From: Mayamaea pseudoterrestris
Taxonomy: Eukaryota
DNA length: 64,000 nucleotides
NCBI GenBank assembly: GCA_027923505.1
Contig: BROI01000001.1
Coordinates: 1,178,001 to 1,242,000 of the forward strand
Direction of reading: 5' to 3'
Shown here: piece after piece, positions 12,840-24,832 of the stretch
Numbering within the stretch: the stretch's first letter is position 1
Layout: every line of letters starts with the position of its first letter
Made by a program: the position numbers and the translations under genes
The notes under the pieces: model-generated
Told to the model about the DNA's origin: nothing
Database searches by the model: none
Seen by the model: the letters and a program-made list of their open reading frames with translations, nothing else

Positions 12840-15800
12840 CTAAATCTGCGGCAACATACTCGCCCGCTTAGCATCCTGCTTGCGTTTTTCCTTCTTGATA
12901 AGCGAGCCCTCAATTTCGCTCCGATCAAAGTCAATCTGGTACACACTTTGTTCGTGCATCAATTCACCGCTAACCAAACCTGACTCAGTCCATGATTCGT
13001 TCATGTACGACAGTTGCTCATAATCTTCGTCGCAGGATGCCTTCTGTGCCACCTTGTTGTCGTGCAGCGCACCCATGACTTCCCTCTTATCCATTTCCGG
13101 CACGGTGTAGCGCCTTCGAAATTGCCTCTTGATGACAAATTTCAAAACCACAACTAGGATTACGCCCAAATACTTGAGTTGCCGACTTGGAAACGTAAAG
13201 GATGTAACAGAGCGAGCAATATAGCCTGTCAGAATGAACGATGTAACAAAGACGAAAGCAAGCTTGGCAAATGTGGCAACGCCACCGCCGCTGGGATCAA
13301 CTTCTGTATAGTCTTGATACTCGTAATTTCCATTTGCCAAGAGCATGAAGCGGATCGGCGTAACTTGACAGTATGCTGCTCGAGCATAGTCCTTTACCAT
13401 TGCTTCATAATTGGCATCAGTGGTCCTGGACACCATAATAACTCGCTCTCCAAAGTCGCATTGACAGGAAACATCAACCATTCCCTTTACAGGCGCTGTG
13501 ACGGTATTGCGAGTCGTATTGCCGGTGTGTTCTTTTTCAGGTATCAACACAACTTTTTCCAAACGTTCCGACACACCAGAAGAAGAGCCATTGTTCGTCG
13601 AAAAGGATGCTGCGTGTGAAGTTGACAAGGATGCATCATTAATGTCTGCCAGTGCTGCGACCTTCTCTTCGCCGACCGCTGGCTCCGCCGAAAATTCAGA
13701 TTCCTCATAACTTTCATCGTCACCTACGCTCGACGATAGTTCCTGTCCATCGTCGGCCTCCTCAATCGCGTCGGCACTGTGGTCACGTCCGTCCTCGATC
13801 GCGCGCTTTCCCTGCGACGAACGAATCATTTCAAGAGCCAAAGCTTCTCCCGACTGTCGTCTTGAAGCGACCTGACGCTTCGGCAGAGGAGGCATAAAGG
13901 GTGTGCTGATGTCGTCAATCCCAAAGTTCTTTTCGTTCTTATCGGACGCACTAGACTTTGCCGCCATTATCATTTGCAAGGCAAGAGATTCGCCAGACCT
14001 CGTTCGTTCCGGGGCGTTTCGCAGAGGAGCAGCCTGGTCGTGCGTCTCGTCGAATGCATTCTTCCTTGCCTTGCTTCGTTTCCCGCGTAAAAACTTCTTC
14101 TTCTTTCGCTTCTCTTTATTAGTCTCCTTCGTTATTGATCTTGACGATTGTTCTTCCTGCAATCCCTCGAAGTTGCTTTCATCCACAGATGCATCTGAAG
14201 ATTCACCATCCTTCTTGTTTCGCTTCATTCTGCGAAATAGGCGCAACTTCTTTCGCTTCTTACGTTGTTTTGTAGTTTCCGAGTGCGACGAGATCGAGTC
14301 CTCTTCATGTGTTCCATCATCGCCCGCCACTTCATTTTCTGCATGAATGTCAACGGCTTCGGAGTCGGAACAGTCCAAATCTTTGTCTGCCTTTCGATTC
14401 TCCTTCTTCTTACGCCTGAAAAGCCGCCGTTTCAGTCTCCCTTTCTTTGTTTTCTTCTTGTCTAGTACCTCCGATTCAGAAGACGATGATGCACCATCGC
14501 TGTGCGCATCCTCGACAAGGTCTACTTGTGCACTATCGTCGTCGGAGACACTACGAACCTTTCTGCTTTTCTTTCGACTCCAAAGTCGTTTCTTCGTTCG
14601 AATTTTTTTCGTTGAGGCGACGGATGGGTTTGAGCTACTAGCTTCATCTTCGGAGGCAGCATCTGCCGCGTTGTCTCTGTCGTCGTGGCTCTCTGAGTCA
14701 GAACTCCGCTTTTGATAAGATAGACGTCGCATTGTCTTTGACTCCGTCGTGGTGACGGATTCGTCGGAGGAGTGAACAGACTCGTCTGATACTGACTGCT
14801 GGATATTTTCGACAGCTTCGCGATTCTTGTTGGACCTCTTTTTTCGGCCGAAAAGCCGATTTTGCTTTTGCTTCTCCTTCATGACAACAGATGATGACGA
14901 ACTTTCACTGCTCTCATCTTCGTCGCTTCGTGAATGCACATCCTCAAGTATGTTGTCTTCTATTACGTCACTATCATTCGAACTATACTCAGACAAAGCT
15001 TCAGCATGTTCATCATCCGAAGAACTATAATATGGATCGCTCGGTTCGTTGCTTCTCTCATTGTCGCTCCCAGTAAGGATAGGCTTTGGAGGAAGCAAAA
15101 GCTGAGCTCCTGCAGGTGGTCGTCCAATATTATCCATGCTGAAAAAACTCCCGCCGGCATTATCAAGGTTAAAAAACATGGTAGATGAAGAGCTATTGAC
15201 AGGTCGCTCTGGCGTAAACGATTCATCGCCAAGAACGTCCGCTGGATAAACTTCTTTGGAACCATGCGACTCGTCCACTTGGATTTGATCAACGTCATGA
15301 TCGCGACCGCCAGCAGATGCACCGACATGCAACACGCTTGCCGCACCTCGCGTCGTTGCCGAAATGGCTTTCGCAGCTCCTTTGGTTGTGTACCTTGCCG
15401 CTCCAACTCCCGCCTTTGTTGTAAATTTCGCAGCGCCTACTCCGGCTCCAACCGTTGCCTTGGCAGCTTCATATGCAACTCCGCCAGTCACCTTCGCAGC
15501 ACCGAGAGCAGCTCCGCCAGCACCTCTAGCGACGTCTAACATGGTTCCACCAAAGGCAAGGGATCCTGACCGTGCCCGCCTTCCTTGACCAGGGATTCTT
15601 CGGGTATGAGCTGGTTCGTCACCCACAAAATCGCCATCGCCGTACTCGTCTAGATATACACTTGATTCAGTTTGGAAAACAGATGCACCAGCGTGAAGTA
15701 CGCTCACAGCGCCTCTTGAAGTAGTTGAAATTGCTTTAGCAGCTCCAGCCGCTGTTAATTTAGCAGCCCCAACCCCGAGTTCTGCAGTTGCTGAAACAGC

Positions 15801-18800
15801 TTTTACAGAGCTTCGGGCAGTATATTTCGCCGCTCCAACTCCAACTTCAGCTGCAGCCTTGGCTGCTCCGCCTGCGCTAGAAGCCACTTTCATGGCCGCT
15901 CCACCAGCGCCTTTTGCGACATCCAGCATCGTCCCCCCAAAAGCAAGAGAGCCTGACCTGGCTCGTCGCCCTTGGCCAGGGGGTCGTCTACCTGATGCTT
16001 GACCAGGCGTACCACTAACATTATCAACGTCATCTGACTCATGATGACCTTCACCGTGGAAAACTGACGCGCCCGCATGAATGACATTGGCAGCGCCTCG
16101 CGAAGTCGCCGTCATAGCCTTCGCAGCCCCGCCGGCAGTAAACTTTGCAACCTCCATTCCTGCCCCAGCTGTGACTGAGATCGCCTTTACAGAGCTCCGA
16201 GCTGTATATTTGGCGGCGCCAACTCCTGCTTCTGCGGTCGCAGAGATAGCTTTTGCAGCTCCTTTAGTTGTATATTTGGCAGCGCCGACTCCAGCGCCCA
16301 CCGTTGCTTTGGCAGCACCAAATGCAGCTCCTCCGGCTCCTTTAGCAACATCAAGCATCGTTCCGCCGAAAGCTAATGAGCCCGATCTTGCTCGTCTGCC
16401 TTGTCCCGGCGGCTTTCGCAGCGCATTCGGAGCAGTGTAATCGGCAACAGCAAGAGACGCGGGTGCGTTTGACAGATCTTCTTGCAACTGTGCCTCAGCT
16501 CGTTCACATCTCTTCACAACAGTGGGAACGCCAATCATGTCCATGCTATACGGCACGCAAGTTTGCTGATACTCGAATGAATTTGGTTGGATCTGCTGCG
16601 GCGCCAAAGTTGTCTCGTCCAATTGGCTAGTATGCTGTGATTCCGAGTGGGATGCAGAGCAACTGCGTCCAGAGTACGAACTCATTGACCTAATACTGTT
16701 CGACAATGAGTCACTTGAATCACTATGGTTTTGATGCGTCACAGGCTGTGATAAGCTGGATCTGTTTTCACCGCTTGACCGAGTGCGATCAGAAGACGAA
16801 TCAACCGAACATGACTGTTCAGAATGTTCGTCATTTTCGTCCGACTCAGCGATTGGGTAGGTCAACACTGTAAAATCAGCCTTGCGCGATGAGCACGTGG
16901 AGAGTTCATTAACTTGCAAACCGTCTTCGCCAAGAGATGCATTACCCGACGCCATGCGTTCTACAGCTGGAGGAAGCGGCGTCGCGTCAAAAACCATGTC
17001 TTCGCGTGCGCTGTCATGGAGATTATGAGGCATGGTCCTCGATCGAGGTTGCTGCATCAAACCTTCCGAAATTCGAGCATTTCCACGCTCATCATAGTGT
17101 GGATACCGAGGAAAAGATGTACTACCGGTAGTTTTCATTGTTTCAGGTGCATCATCGATATTCAGTGAGGCGTCTGATGAGTCCATCACTTTTTCGATAA
17201 CGCCATTGACGATAGGCACGTTTTTGCCAAAAGCCAAAGCTCCTGGCACTGTTTCTTCTAATTGATAGTTCATCTTGGCAAATGCGTGCTTGTCTTGGGC
17301 GACCTCCTTGCGCTCCACTCCAATCTCTGCTATCTTAGACTAAAAACAGTAGATGAGAGTCTATGAGAGAAAGTACAGCTCGGCAACATGACCTAATACG
17401 AAAACTTACCTTGTCGCTTTCAGCCACCCCAGCTGGTAGTGCTTCTTTTGATTCTTGCGCGCGCATAATTTCTAGCACGTATTTATCACCCGTCTGCCGA
17501 TTGACAACTGGTTGAGGTGGTAAAATATCGTCCACATCGGGGCAAACCCAATCATCAGGACCAACGGAAGATTCCAACTGTGAGGCATTATGGCCAGCAT
17601 CTGTAGCTAAATCATGAGGCGTCAGCTCGTCATCGTCATTCACAAGCAATTTTGTATCAATTGATGCTAGCACACCACTCGACGTTCCATCATGCCGAGC
17701 ACACTTTTCATGCAACACTTCGTCCAAAGGCTCTAGAGCAGGTTCCATTGATGCATCTTCGCGAGCATCAGAAGCTTGTTCTGTGTCCTTTTTCCCTTGT
17801 GCTCGAAGAATCTCCATCGCGTATTTGTCACCAGTGGGTCGATTGACAATAGGCGCTGGCGGCAATACTTCCAGAATGTCAGGGCATGTCCATTCGTCGG
17901 GACCAACGGAGGACCCCGAAACAGACTCATTGTTATCGTCAAATGTACTTTCTACAGCATGTACCGAACGCTCGCAGCTCGCAACTGAGACAGAACGCTC
18001 ACTGCGCGACGATGTATCGCTGCCTTTACCCGAGATGGAGCCATATCCGTAGCTAATGCCCCCGCAACTGGAGCCTGAATGTGCGCTTCCGCCAGATATA
18101 ACTTGAAGTGCACCATCAACATCGTCTTCCACAACTGTTAATAAATTAACTGGAGCATCCGGTGACAAACGATGTTCAATAATCTCTACGAGTCCCTCAT
18201 TCTGGACTGTCGACAATGCTTGGGTTTTTTCGAAGGTGCCAACACTTTTCACACCTGGCTCCGCCGCATTACCAATTTCAACTGAAATCACTGAACTTTG
18301 AGCCCGAAGAATCTCCAGCACATATTTATCGCCGGTAGGCCTGTTCAGTGGCGCGGTTGGAACTATTGGTACTTCTGGGCAGACCCACTCGTCTGGACCG
18401 ATGGACGATTCCGAGACCGATTTATCGCCGTCCATGTTTTTGATTGCTTTAGCATGGCCAACATCTTCCAAAGCTAAAAAAGTCTCTGCTATCTCAAGCG
18501 CTGCGGGTTGCTCAATTAAAACCATATCGTCCCCCTGATTTTGCTCTTTAACATGCTCATCAATGTCCTGAATGGACACCATCCCAGCTTCACCAGGCTC
18601 CGATTCTTTCATCCCTTGAGCTCGAAGAATTTCAAGCACATACTTGTCGCCAGTAGGCCGATTGACAACAGGCTGTGTCGGCAAGACTTCAACTACTTCT
18701 GGACATACCCACTCGTCTGGGCCAACAGATGAACCACATAGTGATGAAGCGTCGCCCTCCTCGTCATGGGTAGCAACTGGCTGCCGGCCTTGAGCTGAAA

Positions 18801-20397
18801 GTAGACTTTCCCGTCGAGAGATGTCAGCACTTCGCCCACTCCGTGAAGAAGCATCACTATCTTTGCCTGAATATGAACCGTAACCGTAGCTCTCCGCGAC
18901 AGATTCAGCATCGTCTTCATCATCAGCACTATCTTGACCAGAAAGTGAGTTCTGATCTACGTCACTGCCAACATGGCTCAACGAGGCAGATTTTTCCGAC
19001 AGATCAAGATCTTGTTCATTTGGCGGCGCTACTATTGGCATATCAACTGCAGCGTCTCTCGTATCGTTGGCTGGACGCCTCTGCACAATCATGTCGAGTC
19101 CAAGAAAAGGAAGGAGGATTGTTTCCTCAGCCGCCTTGGCATTGATCTCGGCAACCTCTTCCGCTGTGGCGGTACTTTGCGTCGCGTTATCGTCAAATAC
19201 CGCCAGCATGGGTTCAATCACCCAATTATGGTTCTCAAAGTTGGCAAACGGAACATACAATGGCATGCTGGTAGCCCTCGGCCGTTTCGGTAGACCAGGC
19301 GTTCGTGGCATACGCGCCGTGGCATCGTCATTGTATTTTGGATACTGTGTACCAGTTTTGCGGGCTACCGTAGTCTTTGGTGCTTCTTCGTCGTCACTTG
19401 AATTAGCTTTTCCTTGCTTGAGTGGCATGCTCGCCGTTCGTCGTTTGTTCGTAGCAATGTTTTCGGTGACACGAGCGTTGCCTCTTTCGTCATAACGAGG
19501 GTACAAAACCTGTTGCCCAGGTTTATGGTCTTCCAAAAGCGGGTCATCATCCGACGAAGCATCGTCAGCTCGTGAAACCGTAACAGTGTCACTTGATGAA
19601 TCGTCCACATGTGCTTCCTTGATTTCTTCTTCATTGAAACGCACAGAACTGTTCGCTCGTTCAATTTCCTCTCGAAGTTGACAGATAAGAGCATCCTTTT
19701 CAGCCAGGGTACGGCCTTTGTCGTTCAACCTGGCAAGGAGCTGATCATACTTGCTTTCCGCTTCGTCTGCTTGGTGCGCCATTGACTTTCGGAGCGACTC
19801 GACCTCTCGTTCCTGTCCCTGCGCATACTCATGAAGGCTTGTAATCATGTCTGTCAGTTTGACGATGCGGTCGTCCTTGTCGATTAGTTCTGCGGATGGA
19901 CTTGACTTGGAGTCACTAGAATCACTAGCAGCATCAGGTTTCGTTTGCTGCAGCTGCAACTTGTCTCGTTCCTCCTGCAATTCATTTTGATAGTCTTTGG
20001 CAATGCGCACTTCCGCTTCCAGAGTCTTCAACTTGACGTGTAGCAAAGCATAGGCTCGTAAGACACGGTAGCAAGTCACTCGGTTGACTTTGATGGGCTT
20101 GGTGTCAAGAATGGTTTCGAAAACGTACTCGCACAAGTCGCGCACTTGCTGAGCGTCAGAGGACTTGTCGCTTGCGTCGACGGACGAAGATGGCACGATG
20201 AATTGAGTCGAGGACTCGACAACGGCATCGCTATTGCTTGCTTTCCCTTGCTGCTTGCTAGCGTAGTACTCCTTCCAGTCACGTCCCTGGGTACCCTTGA
20301 TCTTGCGGCGATCCTCCAATCGACTACTACCGGTCGTCGGCGTGCTTTTTGAAGATGCTGGTCTCACCTCGGCAGCTCTGCTCGATGAAGACTCCAT
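12840..20397 (-). CDS. Giant repeat-rich coiled-coil protein with two C-terminal TM helices (~2495 aa; exons 20397-17410, 17339-12840)
   Basis: A phase-0 70-bp intron (GTAAG at 17409 ... TTTTTAG at 17340) fuses ORFs 17335..20637 and 12840..17318 in frame. Several internal repeat families, K/D/E/S-rich tracts and two hydrophobic helices near the C-terminus. Start codon (MESSSSR) inferred. Confidence 0.8.
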
Positions 20398-21059
20398 CTT
20401 TGGCTGGCTGCTGCTGACAATGAAGCTACCACTAGATAAGAAACTCCATGGTGGGGATGGTGACTGCTTGATATCCTCTGAAAAAAGTTGGAGTGGATTT
20501 GTGTGGCGCTTGGTTTTGATGTTTTGATCATGCGCGTCGCGCACTTGCGGAAAAATCGAGTCACCAAATGACTCCAAAATGACCGTATTTCTAATTACGC
20601 CCTTCGCAGGCTCATTCGTTTGCGTTGGCAACAACATTATTTGCTACGAAGACTGCTATAGTAGTGCGGAAATGTACAGTGTTACCCTAGGCAGACGAAA
20701 TGCAAAATGCAATCAACACATATAACTATAGATAGCCTCATTGTCCTTGCATGGACTGTGAAAGTGCACAGATGATATTGACGCTGATCAGCCAGATACT
20801 ACCCATAGTTCATCAAACGCGGTACGACGAGTCGACGCTATCTTAGCAACCCATTTCAATGCAACAACCATTCTACCGGTATACAATAAGTACGTTATGC
20901 ATACAGCGATTCAAGTCAATGATATCAATCATTAGATAATGTTTCATTTCCCATTGATCTATAAAAAGGGATAACGCAACCAACCAGCCTAATGCCAACA
21001 TACGCGAGCGGCGGCAAACTTCTGGCCCTTGGACATCCGGATGCAGACGCCAACCAACA

Positions 21060-21747
21060 CTACCAAATGTAAAGATTATTGTGCGGTTGCTGCATCTGAT
21101 AATGATATGGAGACAATTGCGGAGGCAAAGGAAGTGGCTGAATCTGCTCATGACGGTCTGCTTCGTATTGCTGTTCCTGCTGCGAAGCAAGTGGAGCACT
21201 GTACTTGGTCCAGTGACGCTTGCACATGCCGTCGTGTGTTCCCTGAGCCTGCTTGTCGCAACCTGGCAGTAGAAAAAGATTCAAACATTAACGAGTGAGT
21301 AGGATTTAGCGAAAAACAATGACGCAACGGTCGACAATTACCGGTAATTCTCGATAACTCGCTGCATACAGGCCAATTCTTACCTTCAATGCGGCATCGC
21401 TTCACCTTGGCACCATGGCGTTGACAGTGACCTTGCGACTTGATCACACGAATGCATCCTGGGAAGCGACAAAGACGCTTTGCTTTCTTGGGTGGAGGTT
21501 CTTCATTGTGGGACGATTCCTCATGCGGCTGCTTCACCGGCAAGCAGACACGCTCCTGTCGAGCGTCGTCCAAACTAATCGATCGCGCCCCATGGTCCTG
21601 CGGCGCAATCCCTACTGGATACGAGTGCAGCTGCTGCTGCTGCTGCTCCTGTTGGCGAGGATGATAGTTGTGATGGGCGACAACATCAAAGTCTTCAAAG
21701 CCAAGAGGATAGCTCGAGCCTTCCATGCCGTCGCGCGTCATGTTCAT
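21060..21747 (-). CDS. Zinc-finger protein with CxxxxC...GxCxxHG repeats (WRKY19-like Zn-finger repeat family; ~188 aa; exons 21747-21384, 21262-21060)
   Basis: CRFPGCIRVIKSQGHCQRHG and, after splicing the 121-bp GT..AG intron, CRIEGCDKQAQGTHDGMCKRHW. Poly-Q tract and NLS-like PPPKKAKR. Start uncertain. Confidence 0.8.
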
Positions 21748-22156
21748 CTCGATAAGAGTGCACGCGCTGCAATAATTGTGCGGATGGCCGCGGCGTTGAG
21801 CGTTTCGCTGGTTCGCTCGGCGAGCGCCGAAGTCCTCTGTAGAAAGAGTACTTGCCCTACATAGACCGCGACTCGTGCATCGTCCTCTCCGACCACCCAC
21901 GCACGAGCTTGAAGTTTAGCTATTGCAGTACACACAGAATGATACATCTTGTGACGAGGTTTTTGATACGCCTCCAGCGAATCAATGCAATTCAAGTCAA
22001 AAACGTACTCCTATTTAACATTGCCTATTGTTCGTTCGATCATGAAAAGAAGTGTTCGCCGGATTCCAATTCAAATCCATCGTAGCGGTATCGGACGTCA
22101 TCCACTCGTTCCACTCGATCCACTCTTCCGTCTAAACGAAGCAGCACCAAGAAGGC

Positions 22157-22705
22157 ATGATGCAGCAGCAATTGGAACAGACACGAGCACAGAAGCGAGA
22201 GCGTTGCCGTCGGCGTGTGGTTTGTAAGTCTTTATCTGCTCAAACTTCCCTGATTGTCGCATTTTTCGCCTTGCAGTCGTTCCAGACGAATGCGACGAAA
22301 ATTACCTGGCATGCGAACGAGCACGACAATGATCCAGCCAAGACGGCACCGCGATCCCAAAAGTACTGGGACGAGCATAACATTCTACGACCCGACTACG
22401 CGAAGACAGATGCTGAGTTAATTGCCGAAAGAATAAAAGGAGGAAAAGATGATGGCGGCTCGCGGTCATGGTGGATCTTGCATCCACTGATTGGTTTCAT
22501 TGCCACAAGCTTCGCAGTTGGCATGGCTGCTGGACTCATTTTCTTGTACTTTGTTCGACGCAACACTGGAGGTGATCGTCTGGGTGGTAACTCGCCTGGG
22601 ACACGGTGGAGCTTGGACGAGCAAGCTCTAGACATTGATGATCTAGTTCGAGCAGCGAGGCTCGAACGATTCCAAGCCAAGGCAGCGGCTGACAAAGTAG
22701 ACTGA
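22157..22705 (+). CDS. Hypothetical membrane protein (182 aa)
   Basis: ATG ORF with an N-terminal hydrophobic segment, motif APRSQKYWDEHNILRPDYAKTD and a TM helix ILHPLIGFIATSFAVGMAAGLIFLYFV. Confidence 0.7.
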   Translation: MMQQQLEQTRAQKRERCRRRVVCKSLSAQTSLIVAFFALQSFQTNATKITWHANEHDNDPAKTAPRSQKYWDEHNILRPDYAKTDAELIAERIKGGKDDGGSRSWWILHPLIGFIATSFAVGMAAGLIFLYFVRRNTGGDRLGGNSPGTRWSLDEQALDIDDLVRAARLERFQAKAAADKVD

Positions 22706-23059
22706 AAGCTGTATACCATTTAAAATGCGTTCATATTCCCAATCACTCGTTCCGCCTCTTTTGGCCATGCTTTGCGATCGCAATACCGGTAGCTTCTCCC
22801 AACGCCCAACGTGCGTGTGACCGTGTGACCATGGCCAAGTACCGGTACTGTAGCGTAAAAGCGTCACGTCAGTCGCTTGAGTTTATTGATTTAACGTTAA
22901 CGGTACTTAATGAGCCTAAACACGCAATTATATATATGAACTTGCAAAGAATCTTATGAAGACAGTTAGAGTACCAGCGACTGTGCCGATTTCCTTTCAT
23001 CGGTACGCACGATGACGCCGACTCAATGTCGTTCCAGTGCTCCATCAACGCCAGTTCTA

Positions 23060-23192
23060 GCATGCGCTGGCTGACCTGCGAGAAAGCGTCTTGGTTTGTG
23101 TCGCCCGAGAAAAGAAGCCAATTTGTAAAGGTCGCTCCTGCATGCGCTGGCTGACCTGCGAGAAAGCGTCTTGGTATGTGCCGCCCGAGAAA
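23060..23192. repeat. ~53-bp direct repeat, 80-bp spacing
   Basis: gcatgcgctggctgacctgcgagaaagcgtcttggt.tgtg.cgcccgagaaa at 23060 and 23140. Confidence 0.85.
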
Positions 23193-24832
23193 GAATGACA
23201 AGAGTCTTCGGGATCGCTGCAACGGGTGATGCCCAGGATAGATTCGAAGACACAAGGCCAAGTCATCGTACACTGCGCATCCAGGCCCCATCTCCAAGTA
23301 CACGCAGAAGTTCTCACAGTCTTCAAGGCTGATGAGAGCCCGCATGTCGCAAAACGGCGATAAAGCGAATCTCAGCAACCAGTGCATTTCGTTGAACTCG
23401 TTTAGTTGCTCGTTATCAGCCGTATTGGGAACATTGCACACAAGGTCACATACTCTCCTAGACGACGCGTTTCACCAACTGCAGCTCGTAGATCATCCAA
23501 ACCATTGAAGGGACGTATCGAGGAACGTCAACATGAGGTAGCGCACGTTCGTTATGCCGCCAAAGTTGGCGAGGGAGGGGCGCAAAGGCTGGTCCATCTC
23601 GTCATCAGTCGCCAGCGCAAGCCCATGCACATTTAAAGCCTCCGCCTAATTTTCCCAACAAAGAAGCTGCCGTGGCAGAGGAGCATTTCGTAGCAAGAAA
23701 TATACCTCTCGTGTGGAATGTGATTCATCATAAGTAGCGGTTTCAGTCAGGCTCGCTAACACTGTAACGGCTCATGGCTTCACCAATCATAGAGCTGAAC
23801 GTCCCAATAGCATGCAACGATTCACGGGTTGCCTCTTTACTTCCTTGGAAAGTCAGTTTGAGTGTCTTGCTCGACTTGATCATGGCGCCCGCAGTGGGAG
23901 AACTGCTGTCGTCAAGAGCGACTAAATCAAAACTTTGGATGGAAAACACTGTTGACACAATAATGACAATGAGGCAGCCAATGCTATCATATGATATGTC
24001 GTCGGCACTTTTTGTCCAACTGTCGGTGCGTGTCTGCATATCTGATGTGCGCTAGCTCAAACGAAATAGGCGGATTTACGCTATGCGCCTCCATGTACTG
24101 TCCTGTAATTGCGTGTCCGCCGCAAGAGCAAGCATGGAAGCCGATGAAAGAGAGCATTCGCGAGAGTGTCCACACGATAGAGAGTGTTTCATTTGCGCGC
24201 AAGCTGGATTTCTGCGTTCGCTCCCCTAGGCCAAACTCGGCAACACTAACTCCGACGGAAATGTATGAGCAAATTGCAAGGACACTTGAATTTTTTTGGG
24301 AAAATTTGAGGTTGCGTGCAAAGCTTGGTTTGAAAGCGGTGGAAACGGAGGTCGCGCAAACTAGAAGGTAAATGACGATTAGCAACTTGTCATTATTAAT
24401 CTCCAGGTCCAACTTCAGGTTCATAAAAGCGCTCATGAGGAAGACGGCGTCAATCTTCCCTGCATCTCTTACCTGAGCCACGCACTGCAAGCTGCAAACC
24501 GGCCCCTTTCTTCTTGCTTCCGAGGCTCACGCGCTAAAAGTGCAGGCTCCTCTCGTCTCGCTTTCCTTTTGCAGTGCAGATGCAGAATCAGAAAGCTTTG
24601 TGATTGTCTGTATGGACGTCAAGCTGTCATGGGGAGCTGGAGAGTAGAGTGTGTAGATACAAGCTTGTACCACGGGCGCTCAATGTAGAAGCGTTCCTCG
24701 TGGTGACAGTTAGCCATGCATTTCAACTCGGTATGTCATGTTGAATACAATGCTTCAAGTACACGAAGATGCGTGAATTGCTATAAAATTGGCACAACAC
24801 GTCTTTGCTCCCAATGTTTCGTAGGCACAAAG

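Noticed and set aside
12840..20637. Two separate large genes as shown in the ORF track
   Set aside because: A 70-bp phase-0 intron joins them, and both halves share the YPxYDERGNAR repeat.
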